DNA of 64,000 bases from Spirochaetota bacterium (GCA_963664815.2 CAXXHB010000003.1:864001-928000); one strand, 5' to 3'; shown: positions 38,952 through 49,721, numbered from the stretch's first letter. A program made the numbers and translations. The notes: a model not told the origin generated them from the letters alone.

Positions 38952-39563
38952 ATGTTGGATCCATCTAAAAAAACTCTCTCCTTGCGAAAGCAGAAGGCAA
39001 ACGTGACGCGGGAGCGTATCTATACTATGGCCATTGAGCTTATCAAACAGTACGGTTTTGATAATGTCACCGTTGATGAGATATGTCGTCAGTCAGGTGT
39101 CAGAAAAGGGGCTTTCTATCATCATTTCAAATCCAAGGACGATATTGTTATTGAAGCGTACAAAATTGTTGATAAGGATTTTCTCCAGGAGGTCAGTAAT
39201 CTGTCTGCTGATACCGGATACACCGGGAAGATCTTTTTTGCGGTACTCTATCAGGCGCGACGCGTTGTTACCGAAGGGGTTGTTTTAGTCCGCCAGATTT
39301 ACAAGAGTCAGATAGATACAGGTACGTCGTTTTTTGTCTCCTCCGAAAGGCCGTTTTACCGGATGATCCATGACGCCATCGAAGAAGGACAGTCCAGGGG
39401 GGAATACATGACTGAAATGACCCCGGATGAACTGACGAGGCTGGTGTTGAGCATTTCCCGCGGCATTATTTACGACTGGTGCATGGAGGATGGCATATTT
39501 GATATTGTAGCATTTATGGAGCACTCTTTCAGAATTTTTCTGAAGGGACTAAAGATACAATAA
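38952..39563 (+). CDS. TetR/AcrR family regulator
   Basis: TRERIY..A.ELI...GFDNVTVDEIC...GAFYHHFKSKDD; start could be 38916. Confidence 0.93.
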   Translation: MLDPSKKTLSLRKQKANVTRERIYTMAIELIKQYGFDNVTVDEICRQSGVRKGAFYHHFKSKDDIVIEAYKIVDKDFLQEVSNLSADTGYTGKIFFAVLYQARRVVTEGVVLVRQIYKSQIDTGTSFFVSSERPFYRMIHDAIEEGQSRGEYMTEMTPDELTRLVLSISRGIIYDWCMEDGIFDIVAFMEHSFRIFLKGLKIQ

Positions 39564-39709
39564 ATACTTATTACCCTGGCTTTCACCCTCTCCCTGATGC
39601 ATCAATGCTGCTTTTTATCTATTTTTTAAATTTCATAAATTATGCGGCTTTTTTTTATTCAGCTACAGCTGGTTTACAGGTATTATAAGTTTATTAATTG
39701 AATTTTCGA

Positions 39710-39760
39710 TTGACAAACTATAAAAATAACAGACTATAGTCTCCGACCACGGTCTGTTAT
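39710..39760 (+). promoter_or_regulatory. Promoter with nested palindromic operator (probably TetR)
   Basis: TTGACA at 39710; AGACTATAGTCT palindrome inside ATAACAGAC...GTCTGTTAT. Confidence 0.6.
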
Positions 39761-39784
39761 AAAATACATCTGCTGGAGGCCTAT

Positions 39785-41368
39785 ATGGATTTTGGAAGAA
39801 AGCCGGGAATGAAGAGCTATTCAGATGACTCAACCAGTACTCTAAGAATGAATGTTGTCAAAAATCCGGAGAAACCCGCGGTAATATGCGAGGATGTAAC
39901 ACTTACCTGGAGGCAGGTTTGGGAGCGCAGCAACAGGCTTGCCAACGCCTATATCCAGCTCGGATTGAAGAAAGGGGACAGAGTGCTGATTTTTCTGCCC
40001 AACTGCCTTGAATACATGGAGACTTACATAGGGGGGAACAAGATTGGACTTGTCAGCACGGCCGGAAATTTCAGGCTCACCGGGCTGGAGGTTGCCTACC
40101 AACTCAACGATTCCGGTGCAAGGGCTATCGTCCTGAAAACAAGAGAACAGTACGACAATATCATGGCAGTGAGGGACAAGGTACCGGCTCTTGAGTATAT
40201 CATTATGATCGATGACAGCGCACCTGAAGGGGTTCTGTCATATTATGCTCTGCTGGATAAGGCGAGTCCGGATGATCCCGATTCAGATGTAAGACCTGAG
40301 GATATTCACCTGCTTATGTATACCAGCGGAACCACCGGAAACCCCAAGGCAGCCGCGAGAACTCTTAAGAGCGATTACCATAATTCCAACGCGACTTGCC
40401 ATGAACTGGGGCTGAGTTATGATAATGTGTATCTGGCTGTGGCACCGCTATATGCAGCCGCATCAATTGGATTTGCGTATGCTGCGATGTTCTCGGGGGG
40501 TACAGTCTGCATAGTTCCGTCATTTGTTCCGGAGAAGGTTTTTTACTACATTGAAAAATACCGTGCTACCTGGATGTTCATGGTGCCGATCATGTATGAC
40601 TGGATGTTCCTGACTCCCGAGGATGTACGGGTTAAATATGACACTTCATCTCTGCGTCACGTGGTCTCATGCGGCGCACCGCTGCACAACACCACTGCTG
40701 CAAAAATGATAAATTACTTCAAATCCGCCGAGATTTCAAACTGGCTGGGATCATCAGAGTTCGGGTTCATCACCCGATACAGCTATCGAGACGGGTTAAA
40801 GGAAGATGGATGTATAGGGAAAGCGATATTCGATCTTGAGCTGAAGCTTTTCGATGATAAAGGCGCTCCGGTTAAAGATGGCGAAAGCGGAATTCTCTAC
40901 GGAAGGGGATACAGTATGTGGGAAGGTTATCTCAATAAGCCAGAGGCCACTCTTGAGGCATATTTGGATCATGAATGGGGTACTGTCGGAGATATAGCCC
41001 GGCTGGGGACTGACGGAAATTATTATATTGTTGACCGTAAAAACGATATGATAATCTCGGGCGGGATAAACATCTATCCCACAGAAGTGGAGAATGTTCT
41101 CAAAAAGCATGAGGGTATCGCTGATCTGGCGGTGATCGGTGTTCCGGATGAAAAATGGGGTGAATCCGTAAAGGCAGTTGTGGTGAGAAAACAGGGAAGC
41201 TCCGTCACTGAAGAAGAACTGATTGAATTCTGCAGAAAGGAACTCGCAGGATTCAAGGTGCCGAAATCTGTCGATTTTACCGACCAGATTCCCCGATCGT
41301 TTATAGGAAAGGCACTGAAAAAAGAGATACGGAAAAAATACTGGGAAGGGAAGAATACGGTCATCTGA
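39785..41368 (+). CDS. Acyl-CoA synthetase (AMP-binding)
   Basis: YTSGTTGNPK, TVGDIA, VDRKNDMIISGG, GVPDEKWGE. Confidence 0.95.
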   Translation: MDFGRKPGMKSYSDDSTSTLRMNVVKNPEKPAVICEDVTLTWRQVWERSNRLANAYIQLGLKKGDRVLIFLPNCLEYMETYIGGNKIGLVSTAGNFRLTGLEVAYQLNDSGARAIVLKTREQYDNIMAVRDKVPALEYIIMIDDSAPEGVLSYYALLDKASPDDPDSDVRPEDIHLLMYTSGTTGNPKAAARTLKSDYHNSNATCHELGLSYDNVYLAVAPLYAAASIGFAYAAMFSGGTVCIVPSFVPEKVFYYIEKYRATWMFMVPIMYDWMFLTPEDVRVKYDTSSLRHVVSCGAPLHNTTAAKMINYFKSAEISNWLGSSEFGFITRYSYRDGLKEDGCIGKAIFDLELKLFDDKGAPVKDGESGILYGRGYSMWEGYLNKPEATLEAYLDHEWGTVGDIARLGTDGNYYIVDRKNDMIISGGINIYPTEVENVLKKHEGIADLAVIGVPDEKWGESVKAVVVRKQGSSVTEEELIEFCRKELAGFKVPKSVDFTDQIPRSFIGKALKKEIRKKYWEGKNTVI

Positions 41369-41427
41369 TCCAGTATTGATTTTAATCTGTTGCAACGCAA
41401 CATACTTTATTATTTGATATAATCAAC

Positions 41428-41472
41428 ATGAGGGATATGATTCTTTTACATTCATATCCCTCTTTTATTTTT
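41428..41472 (+). terminator. Rho-independent terminator
   Basis: GAGGGATATGA...TCATATCCCTC followed by T-tract. Confidence 0.75.
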
Positions 41473-41600
41473 GTAGTATAACAGTTAAATTATCAGTAAA
41501 AAACGTCTGACTCAAGTCAGGTTATTTACTAATTCGATCTTTTTATATATATTTTAGATGATCTATCAATAGCAGTTAACGATTGAATCAGTACACTCAT

Positions 41601-41740
41601 TGTCATTCCCGCGAAGGCGGGAATCCCATAGGACAAGTGTTATGAGATTACGACAGTGCAGCCACGATGGCTGCCTGCAAGCACGAAACAGGATGTTTTT
41701 ATAATGCCTGCTTTTCGTTGGTACTATGGCCGGAATGACA
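41601..41740. repeat. REP/dRS3-like palindromic element
   Basis: TGTCATTCCCGCGAAGGCGGGAATCC ... CGGAATGACA; ATTCCC-N8-GGGAAT core. Confidence 0.75.
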
Positions 41741-41829
41741 TGGAGCTAATCATATTGTGAAATGCTATAAACAAAATTTGGACTAAAAGATTCTGGGTAA
41801 ATTAGTTAAGAATAAGGGAGTGTTTGTTT

Positions 41830-42570
41830 ATGAATGAAACAATAAGAATTATGAAAAACCACAGATCAATAAGAAGTTATCTTGATAAGGATGTTCCGGA
41901 TAATATAATTGATGAGCTCATTGCAGCAGCTCAATGGGCGCCGACTTCCGCAAACGGGCAGCAGATAAGCATAATAGTTGTTCGCGATAAAGATACCAGA
42001 TCAAAAATTGCTGTCATGGCAGGAGGGCAGTCATGGATCGCGAAGGCTCCTCTTTTCTTCCTGTTTGTTATGGATTATTATAAGGCTTCTATCGCGGCGG
42101 AAATGACAGGGAGAGAACTTGTAAATGTTGAAAGCATAGAGTCAACGATTGTAGCAGCTATTGATACAGGTCTTGCCATGCAGAGTATAATAACAGCTGC
42201 CGAATCTCTTGGACTCGGAATTGTACCGATAGGTGGCATCAGAAATGATCCGCAGGATATGATAGATCTCCTGGGGCTTCCGGAATATACCTTCCCGATT
42301 AACGGGCTGGTTATAGGTTACCCGTCTGATTTGTCGAAGCAGAAACCACGAATGCCTCAAAAGGCATTCAGACATGAAGGACAATATGATAAAGAAGCCG
42401 TGAAGACGGCCATCGCTGAATATGACGAGTTGATGGTACCATATCTGAAAAGCGTCGGACGCGAGTCTGAAGGGAATTGGACCAGGCAAGTCATGAATTA
42501 TTATGATCATATCGTATATCCGAAGACATTACCCGTTATGAGTAAACAGGGGTTTAAGAATCACAAGTAA
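41830..42570 (+). CDS. NADPH-dependent nitroreductase/flavin reductase (NfsA/NfrA family)
   Basis: NHRSIRSY, APTSANGQ, AESLGLGIVPIGGIRN, KPRMP. Confidence 0.93.
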   Translation: MNETIRIMKNHRSIRSYLDKDVPDNIIDELIAAAQWAPTSANGQQISIIVVRDKDTRSKIAVMAGGQSWIAKAPLFFLFVMDYYKASIAAEMTGRELVNVESIESTIVAAIDTGLAMQSIITAAESLGLGIVPIGGIRNDPQDMIDLLGLPEYTFPINGLVIGYPSDLSKQKPRMPQKAFRHEGQYDKEAVKTAIAEYDELMVPYLKSVGRESEGNWTRQVMNYYDHIVYPKTLPVMSKQGFKNHK

Positions 42571-42690
42571 CAGTCCAGGATAAGTTTTAGAGTTATCAGG
42601 GGATGCAATTAATCCGCACGGAACCGGAGTCAGGATCTAAAAAGGAGAAGAGCAGAAACAAAATAGAATAATTTATTAGTAAGTCTTTTA

Positions 42691-42735
42691 TTAAAAAGAG
42701 GATGCGATTAATCATGATATCACATCCTCTTTTAA
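42691..42735. terminator. Bidirectional terminator
   Basis: AAAAGAGGATG...CATCCTCTTTT. Confidence 0.7.
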
Positions 42736-42759
42736 CAAACATATGAACATATAAAAGTA

Positions 42760-43707
42760 TTATGCATTCAGAGATTTTACAGCCTTCAGCATTTTTATTA
42801 TTTTTATATTTCTCTTTTGCTGCAGTTCAGAAATATCGACATTGCTGTAATCTTTAATTCCACGGCCAGATTTAATCCCCAGAAATCCTTTTGCTACAAA
42901 ATCATCGGCCACCGGATTCCCACCCGTGCTGTTGCATAACTGAGGGTGTATAAAAGAAGCTACTGCTTTTGCAACATCCCATCCTACATGATCAAGCAAT
43001 TCCATATGACCTTCGAAGGGATAACGGGGCCCGAAGGTTGATATTATAGCCGCGTCAATATCTTCAGCGGTTGTCCATCCCTGGTCTATCATGTGGCACG
43101 CTTCACGTGCTATTGCAACTGATAGACGGTTAATTATAAAACCGGGGATATATTGTTTGATGATAGCCGGGATTTTACCTATCTGGAGGAGTATGTTTTT
43201 TACTTTGTCAACAGTTTCGGGAGAAGTTTCAGATCCTATAACAACTTCCACTAAAGGCATAATATGCGGCGGATTAAACCAGTGAGCAATTATTAAACGT
43301 TCGGGATGTGAAATTTCTTTTGCAATTTCAAAAATATTTAAAGCTGATGTATTGCTGGTAAAAATACAGTCAGGTTTGCATAATTTATCCAACGTATTGT
43401 AAAGAGCTCGTTTGGCATCCGGATTTTCAATAATAGTCTCTACAACTAAATCTGCATCGGGTGCAGTTTTATCAAATCCGGTTTCGTATATGATCATTTT
43501 TTCAGCCTTGTCAGCTTCGGCTTTAGTTATCTCTGACAGATCAACAAGAGTGGCAAGATTGTTCGTTATCATTTTTTTTGCCAGTTTCAGCTGATCCTCA
43601 CTCTGATCTGTTAAAGTGGTTTCAAATCCATTTACAGCAAATTTCTGAGCAATAGAATGTCCCATAGTCCCTGCACCGATTACAAGTATCTTCCAGTTTT
43701 TAAACAT
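42760..43707 (-). CDS. 3-hydroxyacyl-CoA dehydrogenase family protein
   Basis: VIGAGTMG, TSNTS, HWFNPPHIMPLVEV, PGFIINRL; AGGAGG RBS. Confidence 0.93.
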   Translation of the reverse strand: MFKNWKILVIGAGTMGHSIAQKFAVNGFETTLTDQSEDQLKLAKKMITNNLATLVDLSEITKAEADKAEKMIIYETGFDKTAPDADLVVETIIENPDAKRALYNTLDKLCKPDCIFTSNTSALNIFEIAKEISHPERLIIAHWFNPPHIMPLVEVVIGSETSPETVDKVKNILLQIGKIPAIIKQYIPGFIINRLSVAIAREACHMIDQGWTTAEDIDAAIISTFGPRYPFEGHMELLDHVGWDVAKAVASFIHPQLCNSTGGNPVADDFVAKGFLGIKSGRGIKDYSNVDISELQQKRNIKIIKMLKAVKSLNA

Positions 43708-43769
43708 ATTAAACCTCCTGTTCATAAATTTAAATGTCAGTATAGTTCCTGCCTGTTTGTTATATTTCC

Positions 43770-44747
43770 TCAGAAGTCAAAGAAATTCTTAGGATTTTCA
43801 ATCAGTATTGTGTTGATCTGCTGATCTGTTATACCTGCATGTTTTAAAGCAGGTATAATATCTTTTGCAATATGGGCCGGATGCCAGCTGGATACTAATG
43901 GCAATACCTGTTCAGGAAGAACAAGCGGCCTGCCTAGCCAGTGAGAGATTGAATCATGTGAAAGCATAATCTGTTCAGAGTAACCCATACCAATCAGCCC
44001 TATAATACAGGCTAATCTATGTTTATCCAGAGGAGCACCTCCAATAACCTGCAGGCCGAGCCTGTCGAAACCAATGTAGACACCTTTATCAAGGACAGTT
44101 GCAAGATATGCTATATCGGTATTGCCGCATATATGTCCTATCATGATATGTTTTGTATCAGCACCTTCAGCAATAAGGAAATCCGCCTGTTCAGGTCCTA
44201 ACTTGCCGGATTCAGTATGTGTTATTATTGGAATTTTTTTTTCTTTTGAAACACGTGCCGCTGCCCTGAAAAATAATGATTCGTATTTGCTTATTTCATC
44301 CATTCCGGATGCAAGTTTGAATACACCTGCTTTTATACCGGTACCGGCAATTCCATCAGAAGCCTCCTTGTCGAACATTTCAAGAATTTCAGATCCGGCA
44401 TCACAAAGGGAGCTTCTGAATTTAAAATAAACAGGAGCGCCTTCTTCTTCAAAATAAAAGCCGGATGAGCATACGATGTTAAGTCCGGATCTTTCTGAAA
44501 CCTCCTTTAAAAATTCCGGATCCCTGCCGCAATCGTTTGGTGTGGCATCCACTACAGTTTTTACGCCGCAGGATTTTACAAGTTCAGCTGTGCCAAGACA
44601 GGTTTTCATTGCCTGTTCACGGTTAAAACTGCCTAATGTCGAGTCACCATACCATCCCGGATAACCGAATAAAAAATGTTCATGCATAAGGGTATTGCCG
44701 ATTTCAGATGAAGGAACAGAACCTTTAACTGTATTTACTTTTCCCAT
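43770..44747 (-). CDS. Phosphotriesterase-like lactonase family protein
   Basis: TLMHEH, VVDATP..CGRD, VFKLA, THTE, IGH, LSHD, NPKNFF. Confidence 0.92.
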   Translation of the reverse strand: MGKVNTVKGSVPSSEIGNTLMHEHFLFGYPGWYGDSTLGSFNREQAMKTCLGTAELVKSCGVKTVVDATPNDCGRDPEFLKEVSERSGLNIVCSSGFYFEEEGAPVYFKFRSSLCDAGSEILEMFDKEASDGIAGTGIKAGVFKLASGMDEISKYESLFFRAAARVSKEKKIPIITHTESGKLGPEQADFLIAEGADTKHIMIGHICGNTDIAYLATVLDKGVYIGFDRLGLQVIGGAPLDKHRLACIIGLIGMGYSEQIMLSHDSISHWLGRPLVLPEQVLPLVSSWHPAHIAKDIIPALKHAGITDQQINTILIENPKNFFDF

Positions 44748-44761
44748 AAATGGTCTCCTCT

Positions 44762-46432
44762 CTATTTTTTTAATTCATCTTTTAATATCTTCCGCATAAT
44801 TTTTCCAGTTGCACTTTTGGGAAGAGTGTCGCGGAATTCAATATGCCGTGGATATTTGTAAACTGACATCTGATCTTTTGCCCAGTCAATAATCTCTGAA
44901 GCGGTGATTTTACCTTTCCATTCTTCTTTTAATATTATGTATGCTTTTACATCTTCCCCCCGGTATTCATCCGGTATCCCTATTACGCAGCATTCCGAAA
45001 TGGCCTGGTGCTGGTATAGATATTTTTCAACTTCGGCAGGGAAAACACTGTAGCCGGAGGCTTTTATCATCTCCTTTGTCCTTCCGACTATAAAGATATA
45101 GCCGTCTTCATCCATTACAATAACATCTCCCGTGGCAAGCCATCCTTCCTCTCTGAAACTTTCAGCCTGTGCCTCCGGTCCCTGCCTCCAGTATTCCCGG
45201 GCGATTGATGGACCTCTCATCCACATTTCACCTTCCTGTCCGCGCGGAACATTCTTTGTAGGGTCCTCCATATCGGCAACACGGACGTCAAATCCGCGTA
45301 CCACAATTCCGCAGCTTCCGGGTTTTACATGTCCGACAGGACTTACCAATGGAGCGGAAGCTGTTTCACTCATACCCCATCCGTCTATGAGGTCCAGACC
45401 GAATACATCCTTGTAGCGTTTAATCAGTTCGGCGGGAACCGGAGCGCCCCCTGTTGCGATGGCCTCATATGAAGACAGGTCGTATTTTTTCAGGTTTGGA
45501 TGGTTGATTACAGCAATATTCATTGTGGTGATGGCAACCCAACACGTTATTTTGTAGAGTTCGGAAGCTTTGAAAAAAACTTCTGTATCAAAACGGGTAA
45601 AAAGAACTATTGTCGCGCCGAGAAAAATCGGCCCGTTCATGTTATTCTGCATACCGGTGATATGGAAAATCGGGACAACAGCTCCATACACACTGTCGGC
45701 ATGTCCTCCAAGGAGTTTGGGGAGCTGGATGGCATTTACCAGCATATTGCGGTGAGTAAGCATAGCACCTTTAGGAACTCCGGTTGTGCCTGAAGTGTAT
45801 TGCAGACAGGCCAGATCTTTATCAATATCTAAGGTTTCATACTTTTCTATGGGTGTACTTTTTATAAACTCCTTCCAGTTAATAGATCCGCTGTAATCCA
45901 GGTTCTCAACTGTCATTCCTGAGGGTACCGGAATTTCCGGAGATGCAGGGAGATACTCTGCCAGTGACGTTACAATTATCGTATCTACTTTGACCTGGCT
46001 CCGTATGCTTTGAAATACCGGATAGTTATCCTCCTCCAGTATCGCAACTTTTGCACCGCAGTCGTTAAGTATGTAGCTGAGCTCACCTTTTTTAAACATG
46101 GGGCTTCCGCCGATGATAACTCCACCTACAGCCATTGTAGCGTAGTATGATATTATAAACTGGGGGCAGTTCTGCATGCCCAGATACACTCTGTCACCTT
46201 TCTGCACTCCGAGTTTTTTTAAACCTCCGGCGGTATTAAGAACCAGTTTCTCAAGATCCCTGTAACTTATCCTTGTACCATAAAAGATAACAGCAGTTTT
46301 ATCGGGATGGCGGAGTGCATTCACATGGAGATGCCATACTATTGGCATATTGCCATGTTCAAAATATTCAGGCCAGGTATCAGGCCATACACCTCCCCTG
46401 TCCCAATTTCTTACTTCCGGCTGGTATTTCAT
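44762..46432 (-). CDS. Long-chain-fatty-acid--CoA ligase family
   Basis: YTSGTTGVPKG, GWGMSET, ATGD, GRTKEMIKASG, LPKSATGKI. Confidence 0.95.
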   Translation of the reverse strand: MKYQPEVRNWDRGGVWPDTWPEYFEHGNMPIVWHLHVNALRHPDKTAVIFYGTRISYRDLEKLVLNTAGGLKKLGVQKGDRVYLGMQNCPQFIISYYATMAVGGVIIGGSPMFKKGELSYILNDCGAKVAILEEDNYPVFQSIRSQVKVDTIIVTSLAEYLPASPEIPVPSGMTVENLDYSGSINWKEFIKSTPIEKYETLDIDKDLACLQYTSGTTGVPKGAMLTHRNMLVNAIQLPKLLGGHADSVYGAVVPIFHITGMQNNMNGPIFLGATIVLFTRFDTEVFFKASELYKITCWVAITTMNIAVINHPNLKKYDLSSYEAIATGGAPVPAELIKRYKDVFGLDLIDGWGMSETASAPLVSPVGHVKPGSCGIVVRGFDVRVADMEDPTKNVPRGQEGEMWMRGPSIAREYWRQGPEAQAESFREEGWLATGDVIVMDEDGYIFIVGRTKEMIKASGYSVFPAEVEKYLYQHQAISECCVIGIPDEYRGEDVKAYIILKEEWKGKITASEIIDWAKDQMSVYKYPRHIEFRDTLPKSATGKIMRKILKDELKK

Positions 46433-46644
46433 TTTGCACCTCTTGATATAAATTTTTAGATTTGCGGATACTGACATTTAAAGCGATACTACATCAGACA
46501 GCCGGTATTGTCTTATGAATATATATGTTTTAAATGGATGGATGTTATGAATATATATATCTTAAAACTTAATTTTTTAGTTGAACTTTTGTATTCATCA
46601 TTTAAAATTGAAGAGTTAAGACTATTTCATCTGAAGCGGGATAA

Positions 46645-47790
46645 ATGCAAATTATTCATCAGCACATGATGTTTCTTGGAGCCTACTTTTCAATAATACT
46701 CGGGATTGGCCAGTTCGTACAGAAGGATAAGCCCTTCGCAGGTTATATTTATGGTATATCTTTTATCAGTATGGGCTTATGGATTTTTCATGTATGTTCC
46801 TATTCGACAGGAATTTTTAATAATGTTTATATTATTAATTTATTACTGATTCCATTTGGTTTTATATCAGCACCGATAATGACGTTGAGATATCAGTGGC
46901 TTATAAATCAGACTAAAATAACAGAAAGAAGGTTAATAATATACCTGATTCCTGCTGTAATTTCATTTTGTGTAATGTTATATCCTGTTTTTGACAGAAC
47001 AATTATTATAAGGGCGGAATACCTTCAGGGCATTCCGATTCTTTCTGCGGATTATCTGAAACTGCCTGTTTATTTCAGGATAGTACACCTTTTTTATTTA
47101 CTCCCTAAAGTATACCTTGTTGCATTTATGCTTTTTAAATTGAAATTTCTTGCAGGTTTCTGGAAGGTCAGGAAAGGATCTAAGAATGTAGTAATGCGGG
47201 CCGGTTATATTTTTGCATTTGATTCAATATTTTCAACATTTTTAACGGCAATTGGTGATTTGTATTCTACCAGTATAATAACTTGGGCTATTCTTTACTG
47301 TAATGTAAACTTTTATGTACTATTTATATTTGGTCAGCGAAATCCTGAATATAACAGGGTAATTAAAACTGAAATTGTAAAAAGTCGTTATGAGAAATCT
47401 AAAATTAAATATCTTGATATTGAATCGATTTTATCAAATCTTCATGATATAATGGAGAATCAGAAAGCTTTCGCATCGGAGGATATAACAATTAAAATTA
47501 TTGCTGATGAACTTGGTATTACTGTTCATCAACTGTCTGAAATTTTAAATGAAAAGATTAAGAAGAATTTCAATTCTTTCATCAATGATTATAGAATTGA
47601 TGAAGCAAAAAAGTTGTTAATTGCAGAACCAGGGAGGACTATAACGTCTGTTGCATTGGCTGTAGGATTCAATAGTAATACTGCATTCAGCACAATCTTT
47701 TCCAGAACGACCGGAATTACTCCAAAGGAATACAGGATAAAGATGAGCAAGTGCGGAAAAACAGCATTTCCGGTGAAGGATGAATCCTGA
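46645..47790 (+). CDS. Membrane-anchored AraC-family regulator
   Basis: About 6-7 TM helices, then HQLSEILN...FNSFINDYRIDEAK...VGFNSNTAF...TGITPKEYR. Confidence 0.92.
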   Translation: MQIIHQHMMFLGAYFSIILGIGQFVQKDKPFAGYIYGISFISMGLWIFHVCSYSTGIFNNVYIINLLLIPFGFISAPIMTLRYQWLINQTKITERRLIIYLIPAVISFCVMLYPVFDRTIIIRAEYLQGIPILSADYLKLPVYFRIVHLFYLLPKVYLVAFMLFKLKFLAGFWKVRKGSKNVVMRAGYIFAFDSIFSTFLTAIGDLYSTSIITWAILYCNVNFYVLFIFGQRNPEYNRVIKTEIVKSRYEKSKIKYLDIESILSNLHDIMENQKAFASEDITIKIIADELGITVHQLSEILNEKIKKNFNSFINDYRIDEAKKLLIAEPGRTITSVALAVGFNSNTAFSTIFSRTTGITPKEYRIKMSKCGKTAFPVKDES

Positions 47791-47947
47791 TCCTGGTTTA
47801 AAAAATGTAAGGCCCTCAAACTATCACCTGTTAATATCAATTTATTAAGACAACGAATCATCAAGTGTATATCTTTTTTCAGTGACCTCTATTTCAGTTG
47901 AATTGATATGTTGAGAATCCGGATTCTGTATAAAAAATTATAAAGGG

Positions 47948-47991
47948 TTGACATTTTTTATATATCAGGTATTTTAGAGACCGATCGGTCT
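47948..47991 (+). promoter_or_regulatory. Promoter and TetR operator
   Basis: TTGACA at 47948; perfect palindrome AGACCGATCGGTCT at 47978-47991 just upstream of tetR. Confidence 0.75.
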
Positions 47992-47998
47992 GTATAAT

Positions 47999-48601
47999 AT
48001 GAATAATACTCCTGCATTGAAAGAAAAGATAATTGAAGAGTCCCTTAAACTTTTTTCTGTTAAGGGATACATGAGTACATCAACCATGGATATAATTCAG
48101 GCTGCAGGTACTTCCAAAGGGGGGTTTTATAATTACTTCGGGTCCAAGGAACAACTTTTTCATGAAACACTGAGTGCCGCGAGAAAGATCTGGCGTGAAA
48201 GAAATCTTTATGGGCTTGATAATATAGAACGGCCTCTTGTAAAAATTCAGAAATTGCTGGAGAACTACCGTGACCGTTATCTTGCTGATTCACATAATTT
48301 TCCGGGAGGGTGTATCTTTGTGAATCTTTCTGTTGAATTGAACGACCAGTCCCCGACTCTTGCAAAAGAAGTGAATGATGGATTCCTCCGCCTGAGAAAA
48401 ATGATTAAACGTCTTCTTGATGAAGAGAAAAAAACCGGAGGAATCAATCCCTCAGTAAATACCGGTGAAGCATCGGATCTTCTTCTTTCCGGTCTTCTCG
48501 GAACCTGTGTAGTGTATACCTCTGATAAATCGAAGAAGAGGCTGGATTCAACTATCGGTTCACTTATATCATATTTAAAAAACATGGAAATCAGAAAATA
48601 G
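47999..48601 (+). CDS. TetR/AcrR family regulator
   Basis: LFSVKGY..TST.DI...GTSKGGFYNYFGSKE; GGCIFVN. Confidence 0.93.
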   Translation: MNNTPALKEKIIEESLKLFSVKGYMSTSTMDIIQAAGTSKGGFYNYFGSKEQLFHETLSAARKIWRERNLYGLDNIERPLVKIQKLLENYRDRYLADSHNFPGGCIFVNLSVELNDQSPTLAKEVNDGFLRLRKMIKRLLDEEKKTGGINPSVNTGEASDLLLSGLLGTCVVYTSDKSKKRLDSTIGSLISYLKNMEIRK

Positions 48602-48684
48602 TTAACAACGGTTTAATATGTTATTGTCTGTTAAAATTATATCAGCATAGATTCTGCAATTAAATTTCATATGAGGTTGTGATT

Positions 48685-49680
48685 ATGAATAAAAATTACC
48701 GCGCAATTGTTGTAAAGGAATCCGATGAAAAACAATTTAAATCCGGAGTTGAAGAGCTATCAGTCGATAATCTTCCTGATGGAGATGTTCTTGTGAGAGT
48801 TCACTATTCATCTTTAAATTACAAGGATATGCTTTCTGCATCAGGGAACAGAGGCGTAACAAAAAAATATCCTCACACCCCGGGAATTGATGCTGCAGGA
48901 GTTGTTGCAGAGAGCAGATCATCAGAATTTAAAACCGGCGATGAAGTAATTGTAACCAGCTATGATCTCGGTATGAATACATCCGGCGGGCTGGGTGAAT
49001 ATATCAGAGTTCCTGAATCATGGGTAGTCCGAAAGCCGGCAAATCTCTCATTGCGTGAAAGCATGATATTCGGAACAGCAGGTTTTACGGCAGCACTTTC
49101 GATCCTGCGTCTGGAGGATTTTGGAATTGATAAAAATGCAGCAGTTTTAGTTACAGGTGCAAGCGGCGGAGTCGGCAGTGTTGCTGTATCTATTTTATCC
49201 TATTGCGGTTATACAGTTAATTCACTTAACGGCCTTTATGATAAGAGCACTTTTCTTAAAAGCATAGGTTCATCAGAAGTGATAGAGCCTGCTGATTTTA
49301 ATGACACAAGCGGAAGACCGCTTCTGAAAGAGAGGTGGGGCGCTTGCGTAGATACTGTCGGCGGTAATATACTTACTGCTGCGATACGTTCAATACATGC
49401 AAATGGTGCAGTTACCTGCTGCGGTAATGCGGTTTCCGCTGATATCCCGTTGACGGTTTACCCGTTTATTTTAAGGGGAGTATCTCTATTCGGGATTGAT
49501 TCGCAGAACTGCCCGATGAAGCTCCGTACCAGGGCATGGGATATGATTGCTGAAAAATGGAAATTTCCATGGCTCGAGTCTCTTGCATCTGAGGTTACGC
49601 TGGAAGGAGCAGTGGCCGGAATAGAAAAGATAAAATCGGGACAGAACAGTGGAAGAATAATTGTGAATCTTCTGCATTGA
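48685..49680 (+). CDS. acuI: YhdH/AcuI family NADPH oxidoreductase (acrylyl-CoA reductase-like)
   Basis: YSSLNYKD, PGIDAAG, GTAGFTAA, VTGASGGVGS, PFILRGVSLFGIDS. Confidence 0.85.
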   Translation: MNKNYRAIVVKESDEKQFKSGVEELSVDNLPDGDVLVRVHYSSLNYKDMLSASGNRGVTKKYPHTPGIDAAGVVAESRSSEFKTGDEVIVTSYDLGMNTSGGLGEYIRVPESWVVRKPANLSLRESMIFGTAGFTAALSILRLEDFGIDKNAAVLVTGASGGVGSVAVSILSYCGYTVNSLNGLYDKSTFLKSIGSSEVIEPADFNDTSGRPLLKERWGACVDTVGGNILTAAIRSIHANGAVTCCGNAVSADIPLTVYPFILRGVSLFGIDSQNCPMKLRTRAWDMIAEKWKFPWLESLASEVTLEGAVAGIEKIKSGQNSGRIIVNLLH

Positions 49681-49721
49681 AATAGATTGAATTTAATGTT
49701 ATAAAATTTCCGGAGGAAAGT

